Assembly (NCBI GenBank): GCA_963791005.1
Contig: CAWBQR010000011.1
Location: forward strand, 41,182-105,181
Reading direction: 5' to 3'
From: an uncultured delta proteobacterium
Lineage (GTDB): Bacteria > Desulfobacterota > Desulfuromonadia > Desulfuromonadales > CAWBQR01
Length of the DNA: 64,000 nucleotides
Made by a program: the position numbers and the translations under genes. The notes under the pieces were generated by a model. It was not told the origin of the DNA. It searched no databases and saw only the letters and a list, made by a program, of their open reading frames with translations. This document shows positions 9,232 through 20,587 of the stretch, piece after piece; within the stretch, counting starts at the first letter, position 1, and each line of letters starts with the position of its first letter.

Positions 9232-10170
9232 ATGGATTCCTTGCGGAGGGGCGCGTCGCTTCTGGCGGCCGCCTTGGTGACCCTTTTTCTTTGTACCGCC
9301 TGCGGCAAAAGCCATCAGCCGCCTCCGGTAAAGTCACTGCCGATGGCAGGGAAAGCGACCGGCGCGGGACACGGAAGGGCCATGGAGACTCAGATTCCCA
9401 GCGTAACCATTTCCCCGGAATCTCCCTCGGTAAGGGATGACCTTCACATCGCTCTCGCTGGTGGGAGCGAGATTGGCCGGTGTCGCTGGCGAATAAACGG
9501 TGAAAAGGTGAAAGGTGAAGGCGGGGGCTCCCTGCCCAGGGGAAAATTCCGGAAAGGAGACCTGATCTCGGTTTCCGTCATGGTCGAGGGGAAGGAGGTG
9601 GAAGCGTCCGTCTCCATTGCCGACGCCCCGCCAAGGGTACTCGGCGTGCATTTCACTCCGGCCGCTTTCTACCGCGGAATTGACGTAACCGTCCAGCCTC
9701 AGGCCGAGGACCCTGACGGCGACGAGGTCCGATTCCGCTACCTCTGGATTATCAACGGAGAGCAGGAGACCTGGGAGGACTCTTCGGTCCTGATCGGCGA
9801 TCGGTTTCACAGGGGGGACCGAATCGCACTCCAGGTCATCCCGTTCGATGGGGAGAAGGAAGGGCGGGCGTACCGCACGGGTGAAATCACCGTACCCGAT
9901 GCGCCGCCCCATTTTGTCACCACCCCTCCGCCGGTGCGAAAAACCCGAACCTACGTCTATGAGGCCAGGGCCGAGGACCCCGATGGAGATAACTTGAGCT
10001 ATTCCCTCGAATCGGGCCCGGCGGGTATGACCATCGATAAAAATACCGGTCGATTGACCTGGGATATCAGCCCGGACCAGGCCGGTGAGCACAAGGCAAA
10101 AATCGAGGTCAGTGATGGGGAGGGGTTGCGGGCAGCGCAGGAAATTTCTTTCGACATCTCCATGTTGTAA
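9232..10170 (+). CDS. Lipoprotein with two about 85-aa internal repeats and a cadherin/Ig-like C-terminal domain
   Basis: Lipobox LFLCTA/C. Two repeats each end in DAPP. The C-terminus [31 protein letters not shown] is typical of putative-Ig/cadherin-like domains. Confidence 0.7.
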   Translation: MDSLRRGASLLAAALVTLFLCTACGKSHQPPPVKSLPMAGKATGAGHGRAMETQIPSVTISPESPSVRDDLHIALAGGSEIGRCRWRINGEKVKGEGGGSLPRGKFRKGDLISVSVMVEGKEVEASVSIADAPPRVLGVHFTPAAFYRGIDVTVQPQAEDPDGDEVRFRYLWIINGEQETWEDSSVLIGDRFHRGDRIALQVIPFDGEKEGRAYRTGEITVPDAPPHFVTTPPPVRKTRTYVYEARAEDPDGDNLSYSLESGPAGMTIDKNTGRLTWDISPDQAGEHKAKIEVSDGEGLRAAQEISFDISML

Positions 10171-10180
10171 GCGGGAAAGA

Positions 10181-10681
10181 ATGAAAAAAGGGGAAAAAGG
10201 TTTCACACTCATAGAGCTTCTGATCACCCTTGCCGTGATAGGGATTCTTGCGGCCTTTGCCGCTCCAGCCTACAAGGACTGGATGCAGAACGTTCAGTGC
10301 CGGGAGGCAGCGAGAAGCATCGCAGCCTTACTATTGGAGGCAAGGGCGAAGGCCATTTCTACCAACTCCGAGCACAAGGTCAACATTCAGCCAACGGCCG
10401 GACGTTTTCAGATTTATCGCGGAAATCGCTCCTTCAACTCCTCACTTTGGCCGAAGCCGTTTCCTGCGGTTTCTCTTCCGGAAAACGTTTTTCTGAAGCA
10501 CGGGGATGCCTGTGATCAGACAGGTGTTCTGGATATTTATTTTTATCCTAACGGTTCAGCTTCTTCGGATGCAACTTCTTCAGCCGCTATCCCCGATCTG
10601 TGCATATTTGAAAGGAACGGGATTGAAAAACTCAAAGTTAAAATCCCCTTCCCAAACAGCGGTCGTGTCGTTATCCAATAA
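10181..10681 (+). CDS. GspH/FimT-type pseudopilin (minor pilin)
   Basis: Contains [24 protein letters not shown] followed by ...[20 protein letters not shown], as in the GspH/FimT family. Confidence 0.75.
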   Translation: MKKGEKGFTLIELLITLAVIGILAAFAAPAYKDWMQNVQCREAARSIAALLLEARAKAISTNSEHKVNIQPTAGRFQIYRGNRSFNSSLWPKPFPAVSLPENVFLKHGDACDQTGVLDIYFYPNGSASSDATSSAAIPDLCIFERNGIEKLKVKIPFPNSGRVVIQ

Positions 10682-10792
10682 TTCTGTCGCGCAGCTTTCG
10701 AAGGATGGGCTTAAAGAGAGGTTTATGCTGGGAACATGACCTAATACGATACATTTCCGATTTTTCTTTCACTCACCACCTGGAGGGGGACC

Positions 10793-11308
10793 ATGGAGGG
10801 GGAAAAGGGTTTCACTTTACTCGAACTGCTTATCGTTATCTGCATCGCCGGTATCCTGTCAGCATTTGCCTGGCCTACGCTCAGCACATGGCTAAGAGCA
10901 TCGGAATATCGAAAAGGCGCCCGGGAGCTCTTGGCTGTAATGGAGGATGCCAGATCGAGGGCGATCTCCTCCAACCTGGAGCATCGCGTCGAGGTCGATC
11001 TTTCGGAAGGTCTTTGCAGACTCGTTCACGGCAACCGTGCTTCTTTGAGCAGTGATTCTTCCTGGGACCAGAACGTGGTTTCGGATTGGTTTTCGGTCTC
11101 CGGAGGGTCTTTGCGAGCCAACAAAGATTGCGATGTCACCTCCGGGACCATCCCTCTCACTTTTAACCCTTTCGGGTCATCAAATTCCCAATATTTTTGT
11201 GTTATGGATGAGAGCCGAAAGCGGCGCTACCTGGTGGGGGTCGGCAATGCGGCGACCGGGAAAGTCAGCATCAGCCAGTGGAATGCTGAAGAGAAACGTT
11301 GGAAATAA
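10793..11308 (+). CDS. GspH/FimT-type pseudopilin (second copy)
   Basis: Contains KG/FTLLELLIVICIAGILSAFAWP followed by ...GARELLAVMEDARSRAIS. Confidence 0.75.
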   Translation: MEGEKGFTLLELLIVICIAGILSAFAWPTLSTWLRASEYRKGARELLAVMEDARSRAISSNLEHRVEVDLSEGLCRLVHGNRASLSSDSSWDQNVVSDWFSVSGGSLRANKDCDVTSGTIPLTFNPFGSSNSQYFCVMDESRKRRYLVGVGNAATGKVSISQWNAEEKRWK

Positions 11309-11313
11309 CCTCC

Positions 11314-11358
11314 GTCCCCCGTCCCCGTCCCCCGTCCCCCGTCCCCCATCCCCCGTCC
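11314..11358. repeat. Heptanucleotide tandem repeat (GTCCCCC)n, about 6.5 units
   Basis: Read directly: gtccccc gtcccc gtccccc gtccccc gtccccc atccccc gtcc. The complement is G-tract rich. Confidence 0.9.
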
Positions 11359-11422
11359 GACTTTTCCCTTGCAACCCCCCCGGCAATTTTTTATAGTGTT
11401 TTTCACGTTTTTACCGAAAAAA

Positions 11423-11575
11423 GATGGCGTCGCAAAAACTCACCAACTGCTTCGTTGCTGCCATTGTTCTCGCTGCTTCAACGTACCTAAGTACGCCTCA
11501 TTGCTCGACAATGGCGCGCCTTGCATTTGGCGCTTTTTGCATAGCCATTTCCCATTTCGCTTTCTTGCGAAAGCA
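11423..11575 (+). repeat. MITE-like repeat, copy A (about 153 bp; terminal inverted repeats plus internal hairpins)
   Basis: Roughly 85-90% identical by eye to the reverse complement of 56139-56292. Ends are GATGGCGTCGCAAAAA / TTTTTGCATAGCCAT. Confidence 0.8.
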
Positions 11576-11596
11576 TAAAAAAGGGAGATTTTTGCC

Positions 11597-12932
11597 ATGG
11601 CTAAAATTGTTCCGTTTCGCGGTCTGCGGTACGAAACAGAGAAGATCGGCGATGCCGGCAGCGTTATGGCGCCGCCTTATGACGTGATCTCCCCCGAGTT
11701 GCAGGAGAAGCTCTACCAGCGCAGCCCCTACAACGTGGTGCGCCTCATTCTGGGGAAAACCTGGGAGAACGACAGCGACACCAACAACCGCTATACCCGC
11801 GCCGCCGCCGATTTCCAGGCGTGGCAGAAAGACGGCATCCTGGGGCGCGATGAGACCTCCTCCATCTATCTCTACGACCAGGAATATCCGGTCGAGGGGG
11901 ATAAGACCGTGGTGCGAAAGGGCTTCATGGCCCTGACCCGCCTGGAAGATTTTTCCTCCGGGGTGGTCAAGCCTCACGAGAAAACCCTCTCGGGGCCGAA
12001 GGCCGACCGTTTCAATCTGACCAAGGCCTGCGGGGCCAATTTCAGCCCCATCTTCTCCCTGTATTCCGATCCCTGCTGCGTTCTCGAGGCGTTTGCCCGC
12101 AAGGAAAAGGAGCGGACTCCCGACCTGGAGGTGACAGACGACGACGGCATCAAGCACCGGCTCTGGCAGATGGTCGAGCCGCAGATCATCGGCAAGGCGC
12201 AGGAACTTCTCGACAGCAAGCCCCTGTTCATCGCCGATGGGCATCACCGGTATGAAACAGCCCTCAATTACCGCAACTACATGCGCGAGAAGCATCCCGA
12301 CTACACCGGCAAGGAGCCCTTCAATTACGTCCTGATGTATTTCGCCAACATGGAAGACCAGGGGATGCTGATTTTTCCCACCCACCGGCTGATTTTCAAC
12401 CTCCCCGATTTTCATCTGCAGGATTTCCTCCAGTCTCTGGAGGAATTCTTCTCTGTGGAGACCTCTTCCATCGATCCCTCCGACTCCGAGGCCCGGGCAC
12501 AGGTTCGCCAGGCCCTCCAGGAAAAGGGGGAGGGGAAGCATACCCTGGCCTTCTTTGCCGGGGGCGATAAGGTGTATTATCTTTCCCTGAAGGACGAGAA
12601 GGCGATGGATGAGCTCTTCGACGCCAAATCCCCCAAGGCCCTTCGTACACTGGATGTCTCCATCCTGCATCGTCTGATTCTCGAGCGACCTCCTGAACAT
12701 CACCCCCGAAGCCCAGGAGCAGCAGAGCAACCTGAAATACGTCAAAAATTTCGACGAGCCCTTCGAGCGGGTGCTGAAGGGGGAAGCCCAGGGGGCCTTT
12801 CTGATGAACCCGACCCGCATGAGCGAGGTGCGGGACGTGGCCAACGCCGGGGAAAAGATGCCCCAGAAATCGACCTATTTCTATCCCAAGCTTCTCACCG
12901 GCCTGGTGATCAACAAGATCGTCGAGAGGGGA
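11597..12932 (+). CDS. DUF1015 family protein (one frameshift near 12683; no in-frame stop before the next gene)
   Basis: N-terminus is MAKIVPFRGLRYE...MAPPYDVIS. The C-terminal motif MPQKSTYFYPKLLTGLVI is in the frame of ORF 12771-13817. Confidence 0.75.
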
Positions 12933-12992
12933 GAAGGTGGAGGGGTAGAGGACAGGGGTCAGGGAAAGGGGAAGGTCGGGGATGGGGAGATG
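12925..12992 (+). repeat. G-tract-rich segment (potential G-quadruplex), read as a Gly-rich linker
   Basis: gagaggggagaaggtggaggggtagaggacaggggtcagggaaaggggaaggtcggggatggggag. It mirrors the C-rich heptamer tract at 11314-11358. Confidence 0.6.
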
Positions 12993-13020
12993 GTCCACCT
13001 GCCCCTGAACTTGAGCCGAA

Positions 13021-14077
13021 TGGGAGAAAACTTCGTGGAAATTGTCGGAATCGATATAGGGTTCGGGTTCACCAAGGCCACCAACGGCCAGGAAACCCTG
13101 GTTTTCAAGTCCGTGCTGGGAGAGGCTACGGACATCCAGTTCAGGGAGAAAATCCTGGACGGGGCCGCCGGTGAGGAACATCTCCAGATCGAGGTGGACG
13201 GGAAGTCCTATTTCCTGGGCGAGTTGGCCGAGCGCCAGAGCAATGTGCGGTTTTTCACCCTGGACCAGACCCAGTTTATCGGAAAATTCGCCAAGAACCT
13301 GGCCCTGGCGGCCGCGGCCCGCCTGGTCGGGGGCTACATCCCCGTCAACCTGGTCACCGGCCTGCCTATCGGGTATTACCGACAGCACAAGGATGAACTG
13401 GCGCGCATCCTGGCCGGCGAACACAAGGTCGTGCTCACCGACGGCGAGGGAAAGCGCCACGAGAAGGTCATCAGCATCAACAAGGTCCGGGTGATTCCCC
13501 AGCCCTTCGGCTCGCTCTTCAACCTCATGCTCAACGATCTCGGCGAGCTTGGGGACAAGGTGCTGGTCAAGGAAAAGGTCGGCGTCATCGATGTCGGTTT
13601 CAGGACCTCCGACTTCACTATTTCCGACCAGATGCGCTATTCGGAAAGGGGCAGCCGCACCACCGATTCGGGCATTGCCAAGGCCTTCAACGTCATCGCG
13701 ACCAAGCTGCGGGAAAAAAGCGGGGTCAACGTGGAGCTGTACCGTCTCTACGAGGCCGTCGACAGGGGGGAGCATAAAGATTCGCGGCAAGGAATACGAC
13801 CTCAAGAGCCTGGTTGAACAGGTGTTCGGGCAGCTGGCCGCGGCCGTGGCCAATGAGGTCGACCGGCTCTGGGCGGACGACTGGGACATGGACGCCATGG
13901 TCATCACCGGCGGCGGCGGCGCCGTGTTGAGCAAGTACCTTCAGCCCCTGCTGAACGGTCGCGTACTTCCGGTCGACTCCGCCCGGGATGCCCGCCTGAG
14001 CAATGTGCGAGGGCTATTGGAAATTCGGCCGCCATCTCTGGGCAAGGGGCGTCCTGCCGGGGCAGGACAGCCAATGA
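13021..14077 (+). CDS. ParM/StbA-like actin-family ATPase (2 frameshifts, near 13775 and 14010)
   Basis: Contains VGIDIGFGFTKA, VGVIDVGFRTSD and MVITGGGGA phosphate/adenosine motifs. The first frameshift sits in a G6 run. The tail GYWKFGRHLWA is in a third frame. Confidence 0.7.
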
Positions 14078-14215
14078 CCAGGAGCTGAGCGACCAGGCGT
14101 CGCTTTTCGGGTATGCCCTGGCAAGCTAAGATGGCCGGATCCCGGCTCGCCGCCGATGCCGAGAGGCGACGGCGGGTTCACGATTCACGGCCCCTTTCTG
14201 AGGAACTGATCCGCC

Positions 14216-16392
14216 ATGCCCATATCACGAGCGGACATCCTGAAATTCCTCGAAAAGCAGGCCCGCCGTCCCCTTTCCGCCGGAGATCTCCTGGGCCAGT
14301 TCCGCCTCCGACGCGACGAGCGGCAGGCGGCGGTGCGGCTGCTGGATGCCATGGTGGAAGAGGGGACTTTGATCCGGCCTCAAGGGCGACCGGTATTCCC
14401 TTCCCCGCCAGGTCAACCTGCGGGTCGGCATCATTTCGGTCCATCGCGACGGCTACGGGTTCGTCACCCAGACCGAGGAGGACCAGGATGTCTTCGTCCC
14501 TGCCCGGTTCGTACGTGAGGCGATGGACGGCGACCGGGTGGCGGTCAGGGTGGAACGGGGCTGGAAGACCGGCAAACCCGAGGGGCGCATCGTCCGCATT
14601 CTCGAGCGGGCGCATCAGACCCTTGTGGGGCGATACGAAGCGGGCAAGCGGTTCGGTTACGTCGTTCCGGCCGATCCACGGCTCAACCACGATATTTTCA
14701 TCCCTCCGCGGGCCAGCCTCAAGGCCCGTGCCGGACAGATGGTCATCGCCCGCATCGACGCCTATCCGGAGAGAAACCGCAACCCCGAAGGAACGATCAT
14801 CGAAATTCTCGGGGACCCCGACGACCCGGAGGTGGAAATCCTGGCCATCGTCCACAAACATGGCCTGCCTTACCGCTTTCCGGCCGAAACCCTGGAGCGG
14901 GCGGCCCAAATCCCCGATCACGTGCTGGAGGCCGATCTTGACGGGAGGAATGACCTCAGGGACCTGACGGTCGTCACCATCGACGGGGAAACAGCCCGGG
15001 ATTTCGATGACGCCGTTGCGGTTAAAAGGGAAGGGGACAACGGTATCCGACTTTGGGTGTCGATTGCCGACGTCGCCCACTACGTGGCTGAGGGAGGCCC
15101 GCTGGACCGTGAGGCTCTTGAGCGCTCCACCAGCGTGTACTTTCCCGGACGCTGCATCCCCATGCTCCCGGAATCGCTGAGCAACGGCATCTGCTCCCTG
15201 AACCCCGGGGTCGACCGTCTCACCCTGACCGCCGAAATGCTTTTCGACGGTCAGGGCGGCCGGGTCTCGAGCCGATTTTACACCTCGGTCATTCGAAGCC
15301 GCGCGCGCCTGACCTACACCGAGGTCCGCGACATGGTCGTCAACCGGGACCAGTCGGTTATCGACCGCTATCCCGAAATCTTCCCCCACCTGGAGGTGAT
15401 GAAGGAGCTGGCCCTGCGGCTCACCGCCATGCGACGCCGGCGGGGAAGCCTCGACTTCGACCTCCCCGAAGCCGAGGTGGTCCTCGACCTGCGGGGACGC
15501 CCCGAGGACATCGTCCGTTCTGAAAGAACCCTGGCGCATCGGATGATCGAGGAGTTCATGCTGGCGGCCAACGAGGCGGTCGCCGCTTTCCTCACCGGCA
15601 AAAAGGCCCCTTTCCTCTATCGGATTCATGAACCGCCCGATCTGGAAAAGCTCCAGGCCTTTCAGGAGTTCATTGCCCATTTCAACTACGGCCCCTTTCT
15701 GAAAGATACCCGAATCGAACCCGGCCGCCTTCAGACGCTGCTGGCGGAAGCCGAGGGAAAGCCCGAAGAGCGGATGATTAACGAGGTCCTGTTGCGCAGT
15801 ATGAAACAGGCCCGCTACTCTTCGGACAATGTCGGGCACTTCGGTCTTGCCGCGGAATGCTATTGCCACTTTACGTCACCTATCCGCCGTTACCCCGACC
15901 TGGTGGTTCACAGGGTCCTGCGCAAGGCCCTGCGGGGACGGGGGCTCTCCGAAAGGGAAACAGAGCGCCTGACAGCAGTTGCTTCCGGAGATGGGAGAGA
16001 TCACCTCCCGCAGGGAGCGCCGGGCCATGGACGCGGAGCGGGAGATCGTCGACCTGAAGAAGTGCCAGTTCATGGCGGACAAGGTGGGAGAGGAATTTTC
16101 AGGATTCATTTCCGGCGTCCAGCCCTTCGGCTTTTTCGTGGAATTGAAGGAGATTTTCGTGGAGGGACTCGTGCGGGTCTCCAGCCTGACCGACGACTTT
16201 TACCATTTCGAAGAAGATCTGCATCGTCTCTACGGGGCCAACAACCGGAGAACCTTTCAGGTCGGGGACGAAGTCAGAGTCCAGGTGGTCCGGGTCGATC
16301 TGGAACGCCGGGAGATCGATTTCGTCCTGCCCGAACTGGTCGGAACGGAGCCGGCCCGACCGACCCGACGCCCTCGGAAACAACGGAGGTAA
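14216..16392 (+). CDS. rnr: Ribonuclease R (2 frameshifts, near 14385 and 15970)
   Basis: RNB core motifs TIDGETARDFDDAV, VYFPGRCIPMLPE and HFGLAAECYCHFTSPIRRYPDL. C-terminal S1 domain GFISGVQPFGFFVEL. Confidence 0.9.
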
Positions 16393-16403
16393 CGGTCGTG
16401 CAG

Positions 16404-16469
16404 GGGCGCAGCATGCTGCGCCCAGATGGTAACCACCCATCCCAAGATCGGGCGCAGCATGCTGCGCCC
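16404..16469. repeat. Two copies of a perfect 20-bp palindrome GGGCGCAGCATGCTGCGCCC (16404-16423 and 16450-16469)
   Basis: Read directly. Located between rnr and ribF. REP/terminator-like. Confidence 0.85.
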
Positions 16470-16477
16470 CTACGATT

Positions 16478-17457
16478 GTGAATGAAATGAGAATCATCAG
16501 GGACCTCAACGATATTACCGCTCCTTTTCCGGCGGCCGTCGTCACCATCGGCAACTTTGACGGGGTTCATCTCGGGCACCGGGAGATATTTCGTCTTGTG
16601 GTGCGCCGGGCCGGAGAACTCCGTGGGACCTCGGTGGTGTACACCTTCGTGCCCCATCCCCTCAAAATTCTTGCTCCGGAGCGTGCGCCGCGGCTGATCA
16701 ACACCTACGCGGAAAAGGAGCGCCTCATCGAGGCCTCCTGCATCGACGTGCTTATCTGTGCTCCTTTCAGTGCGGAGACCGCCGCCATTCCGGCCGAGCG
16801 GTTCGTCGAGGAAATCCTGGTCGGGAAAATCGGGGTCCGGCACCTTGTAATCGGTTACGATTACGCCTTCGGACGAAACCGGGAAGGGAATGTTGAGCTT
16901 TTGCGCCGGAAAGGAAAGGAGTTCGGATTCATGGTGGAGGTTCTCGAGCCGATAAAAGGGGATGGCGAAGTGTACAGCTCCAGCCGGATTCGCCGGCTTC
17001 TCTCCGAGGGGGATGTCGTCGGCGTGACGGCCTTGCTGGGAAGGAACTTTACCCTTGAGGGCAGGGTCGTCCATGGCGATAAGCGGGGCCAGGGGCTCGG
17101 CTTCCCGACCGCCAACCTGGATGTCGATAAGGAGATTCTCCCCCGTTCGGGGGTTTATGCGGTCAAGGTCAAAAGGGGAGGGATGATCCTTGACGGCGTG
17201 GTCAACATCGGGTGCAAACCGACCTTCCAGGCCGAAGGGGTTTCGGTGGAGGTTCATATCTTCGATTTCCACGAGGAGATCTACGACGAGAATCTGCGAC
17301 TCTATTTCGTCAGAGCGCTTGAGGGATGAAATGCTTTTCCCCGATCCTGCCGACCTTGCCCGGGCGATCGAGAAGTGACATCGAGCGCGCCCGGAAGATC
17401 CTCGCTTCTGCCAGGATCGTGGAATACCACGAATATCTCGATTGCGGCGGGGGGTAG
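16478..17457 (+). CDS. ribF: Bifunctional riboflavin kinase / FMN adenylyltransferase (2 frameshifts, near 17300 and 17375)
   Basis: Contains VVTIGNFDGVHLGHREIF, GFPTANL and EVHIFDFHEEIYDENL. The C-terminus continues in other frames (ERLRDEM...; DIERARKIL...). Confidence 0.85.
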
Positions 17458-17610
17458 CCCCGGGCGGGCACGGCCCCCTCTGCGGATTTTCTCCGGCACG
17501 ACCATTGCAGTTTTTGAGATGAGAGGCTTCGGAGTCATCGTCTTTACAGCCCCCGAAGCACTCCCTTAAGATTGCGCCGGATTTTAAGTCAGTAACCGGA
17601 ATGATATTTT

Positions 17611-19311
<1,701 letters not shown>

Positions 19312-19314
19312 AAC

Positions 19315-19378
19315 CGGTTTTAGGTTTTAGGTTTTAAGTTTTAAGTACTTAACACCTAACACCTAAAACTTAAAACCG
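19315..19378. repeat. 64-bp imperfect palindrome built from GGTTTTA-type heptamer repeats (pilB-pilT spacer)
   Basis: Left arm cggttttaggttttaggttttaagttttaag pairs with right arm cttaacacctaacacctaaaacttaaaaccg at about 27 of 31 positions. Confidence 0.8.
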
Positions 19379-19388
19379 AGGATTTCCC

Positions 19389-20498
19389 ATGTCCCAAATG
19401 CATCAGCTCCTGAAAACCATGGTCGAACAGGGCGCTTCCGACCTCCATATCACCACAGGAAGTCCACCCCAGGTGCGGGTCGACGGGCAGATGCTGCCGT
19501 TGAAACTTTCGCCCCTGCTGCCTGCCGAAACCAAGCAGTTGTGTTACAGCGTGCTGACGGAGGCGCAAAAGCGGAAGCTGGAAGAAGAGAATGAACTGGA
19601 CCTTTCCTTCGGGGTGAAGGGGCTGGCCCGGTTCCGAGGGAACATCTTCATCCAGCGGGGCGCTCTGGCCGGTGTCTTCCGGATGATTCCCTACAAATTT
19701 CTCTCCTTCGAAGAGCTTGGGCTTCCCCCGGTAGTCAAGGAGATCTCGCGCAAGCCGCGGGGTCTCGTGCTGGTCACAGGCCCTACCGGCAGCGGCAAGT
19801 CGACCACCCTGGCCTCCATTATCGATTTCATTAACAACGAGCGCCGGGAGCACATCATCACCATCGAAGACCCCATCGAATATCTCCACCCTCACAAAAA
19901 ATGCCTGGTCAACCAGCGGGAGGTCGGGGCCGACACCCATTCCTTCAAGAAGGCCCTCAAATACATCCTTCGCCAGGACCCCGACGTGGTCCTGCTCGGC
20001 GAGCTGCGCGACCTGGAGACGATTGAGGCGGCCCTGTCCATCGCCGAAACGGGCCACCTCTGCTTTGCCACCCTGCATACCAACGGCTGCGTGCAGACCA
20101 TCAACCGCGTGGTGGACGTTTTTCCCACACACCAGCAGCAGCAGGTGCGCACCCAGCTCTCCTTCGTTCTGGAGGGGGTCCTCTCCCAGACCCTCATTCC
20201 GCGCTCCCAGAACCGTGGGCGCATTCTGGCACTGGAAGTCCTGGTACCCAATATGGCGATCCGGGCTCTGGTCCGCGACGACAAGGTGCATCAGATCTAT
20301 TCCCAGATGCAGATGGGCCAGGAAAAATACGGAATGCAGACGATGAATCAGTCCCTTTTTCTTCTCGCATATAAAAACCAGATCACCGTCGATGCCGCCC
20401 TCGGCCGCTCCTCCGATCCGGACGAATTGCGGCAAATGCTCGCCAACCCGGCCGCCGTTCTTCGCAGACAGGTCCCTGGTGCGCAAAGGGCGAAGTGA
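19389..20498 (+). CDS. pilT: Twitching-motility retraction ATPase PilT
   Basis: 369 aa. Contains GASDLHI and GPTGSGKSTTLAS, plus an AIRALVRDDKVHQI-type PilT motif. Confidence 0.95.
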   Translation: MSQMHQLLKTMVEQGASDLHITTGSPPQVRVDGQMLPLKLSPLLPAETKQLCYSVLTEAQKRKLEEENELDLSFGVKGLARFRGNIFIQRGALAGVFRMIPYKFLSFEELGLPPVVKEISRKPRGLVLVTGPTGSGKSTTLASIIDFINNERREHIITIEDPIEYLHPHKKCLVNQREVGADTHSFKKALKYILRQDPDVVLLGELRDLETIEAALSIAETGHLCFATLHTNGCVQTINRVVDVFPTHQQQQVRTQLSFVLEGVLSQTLIPRSQNRGRILALEVLVPNMAIRALVRDDKVHQIYSQMQMGQEKYGMQTMNQSLFLLAYKNQITVDAALGRSSDPDELRQMLANPAAVLRRQVPGAQRAK

Positions 20499-20555
20499 AA
20501 AGCGAAAAGTGAAATACCGGGTGTTCGCAAGCCACCAATCACTAATCACTAATCA
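20494..20555. repeat. Opposed heptamer arrays (GTGAAAA-like x3 ... TAATCAC x3) in the pilT-pilC spacer
   Basis: gtgaaaagcgaaaagtgaaat ... caatcactaatcactaatcac. The first unit overlaps the pilT stop codon. Confidence 0.7.
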
Positions 20556-20587
20556 CGAGTTTTTCATTAGATTTTAAGAGGTATTCC

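Noticed and set aside
11424-11687. Conserved small ORFs MASQKLTNCFVAAIVLAASTYLSTPHCST... (11424-11687 +) and MMASQKLTSCSVAAIALAASTYLSTPHCST... (56076-56294 -).
   Set aside because: The similarity is explained by the nucleotide-level MITE-like repeat. There is no RBS, and the third copy (4848-4978) does not keep the frame. Treated as a repeat, not as coding.
16404-16469. Possible CRISPR array (repeated palindromic 20-mers). The E elements and heptamer repeats were also considered.
   Set aside because: There are only two copies, and the repeats are shorter than CRISPR repeats. No series of unique spacers and no cas genes occur in the window.
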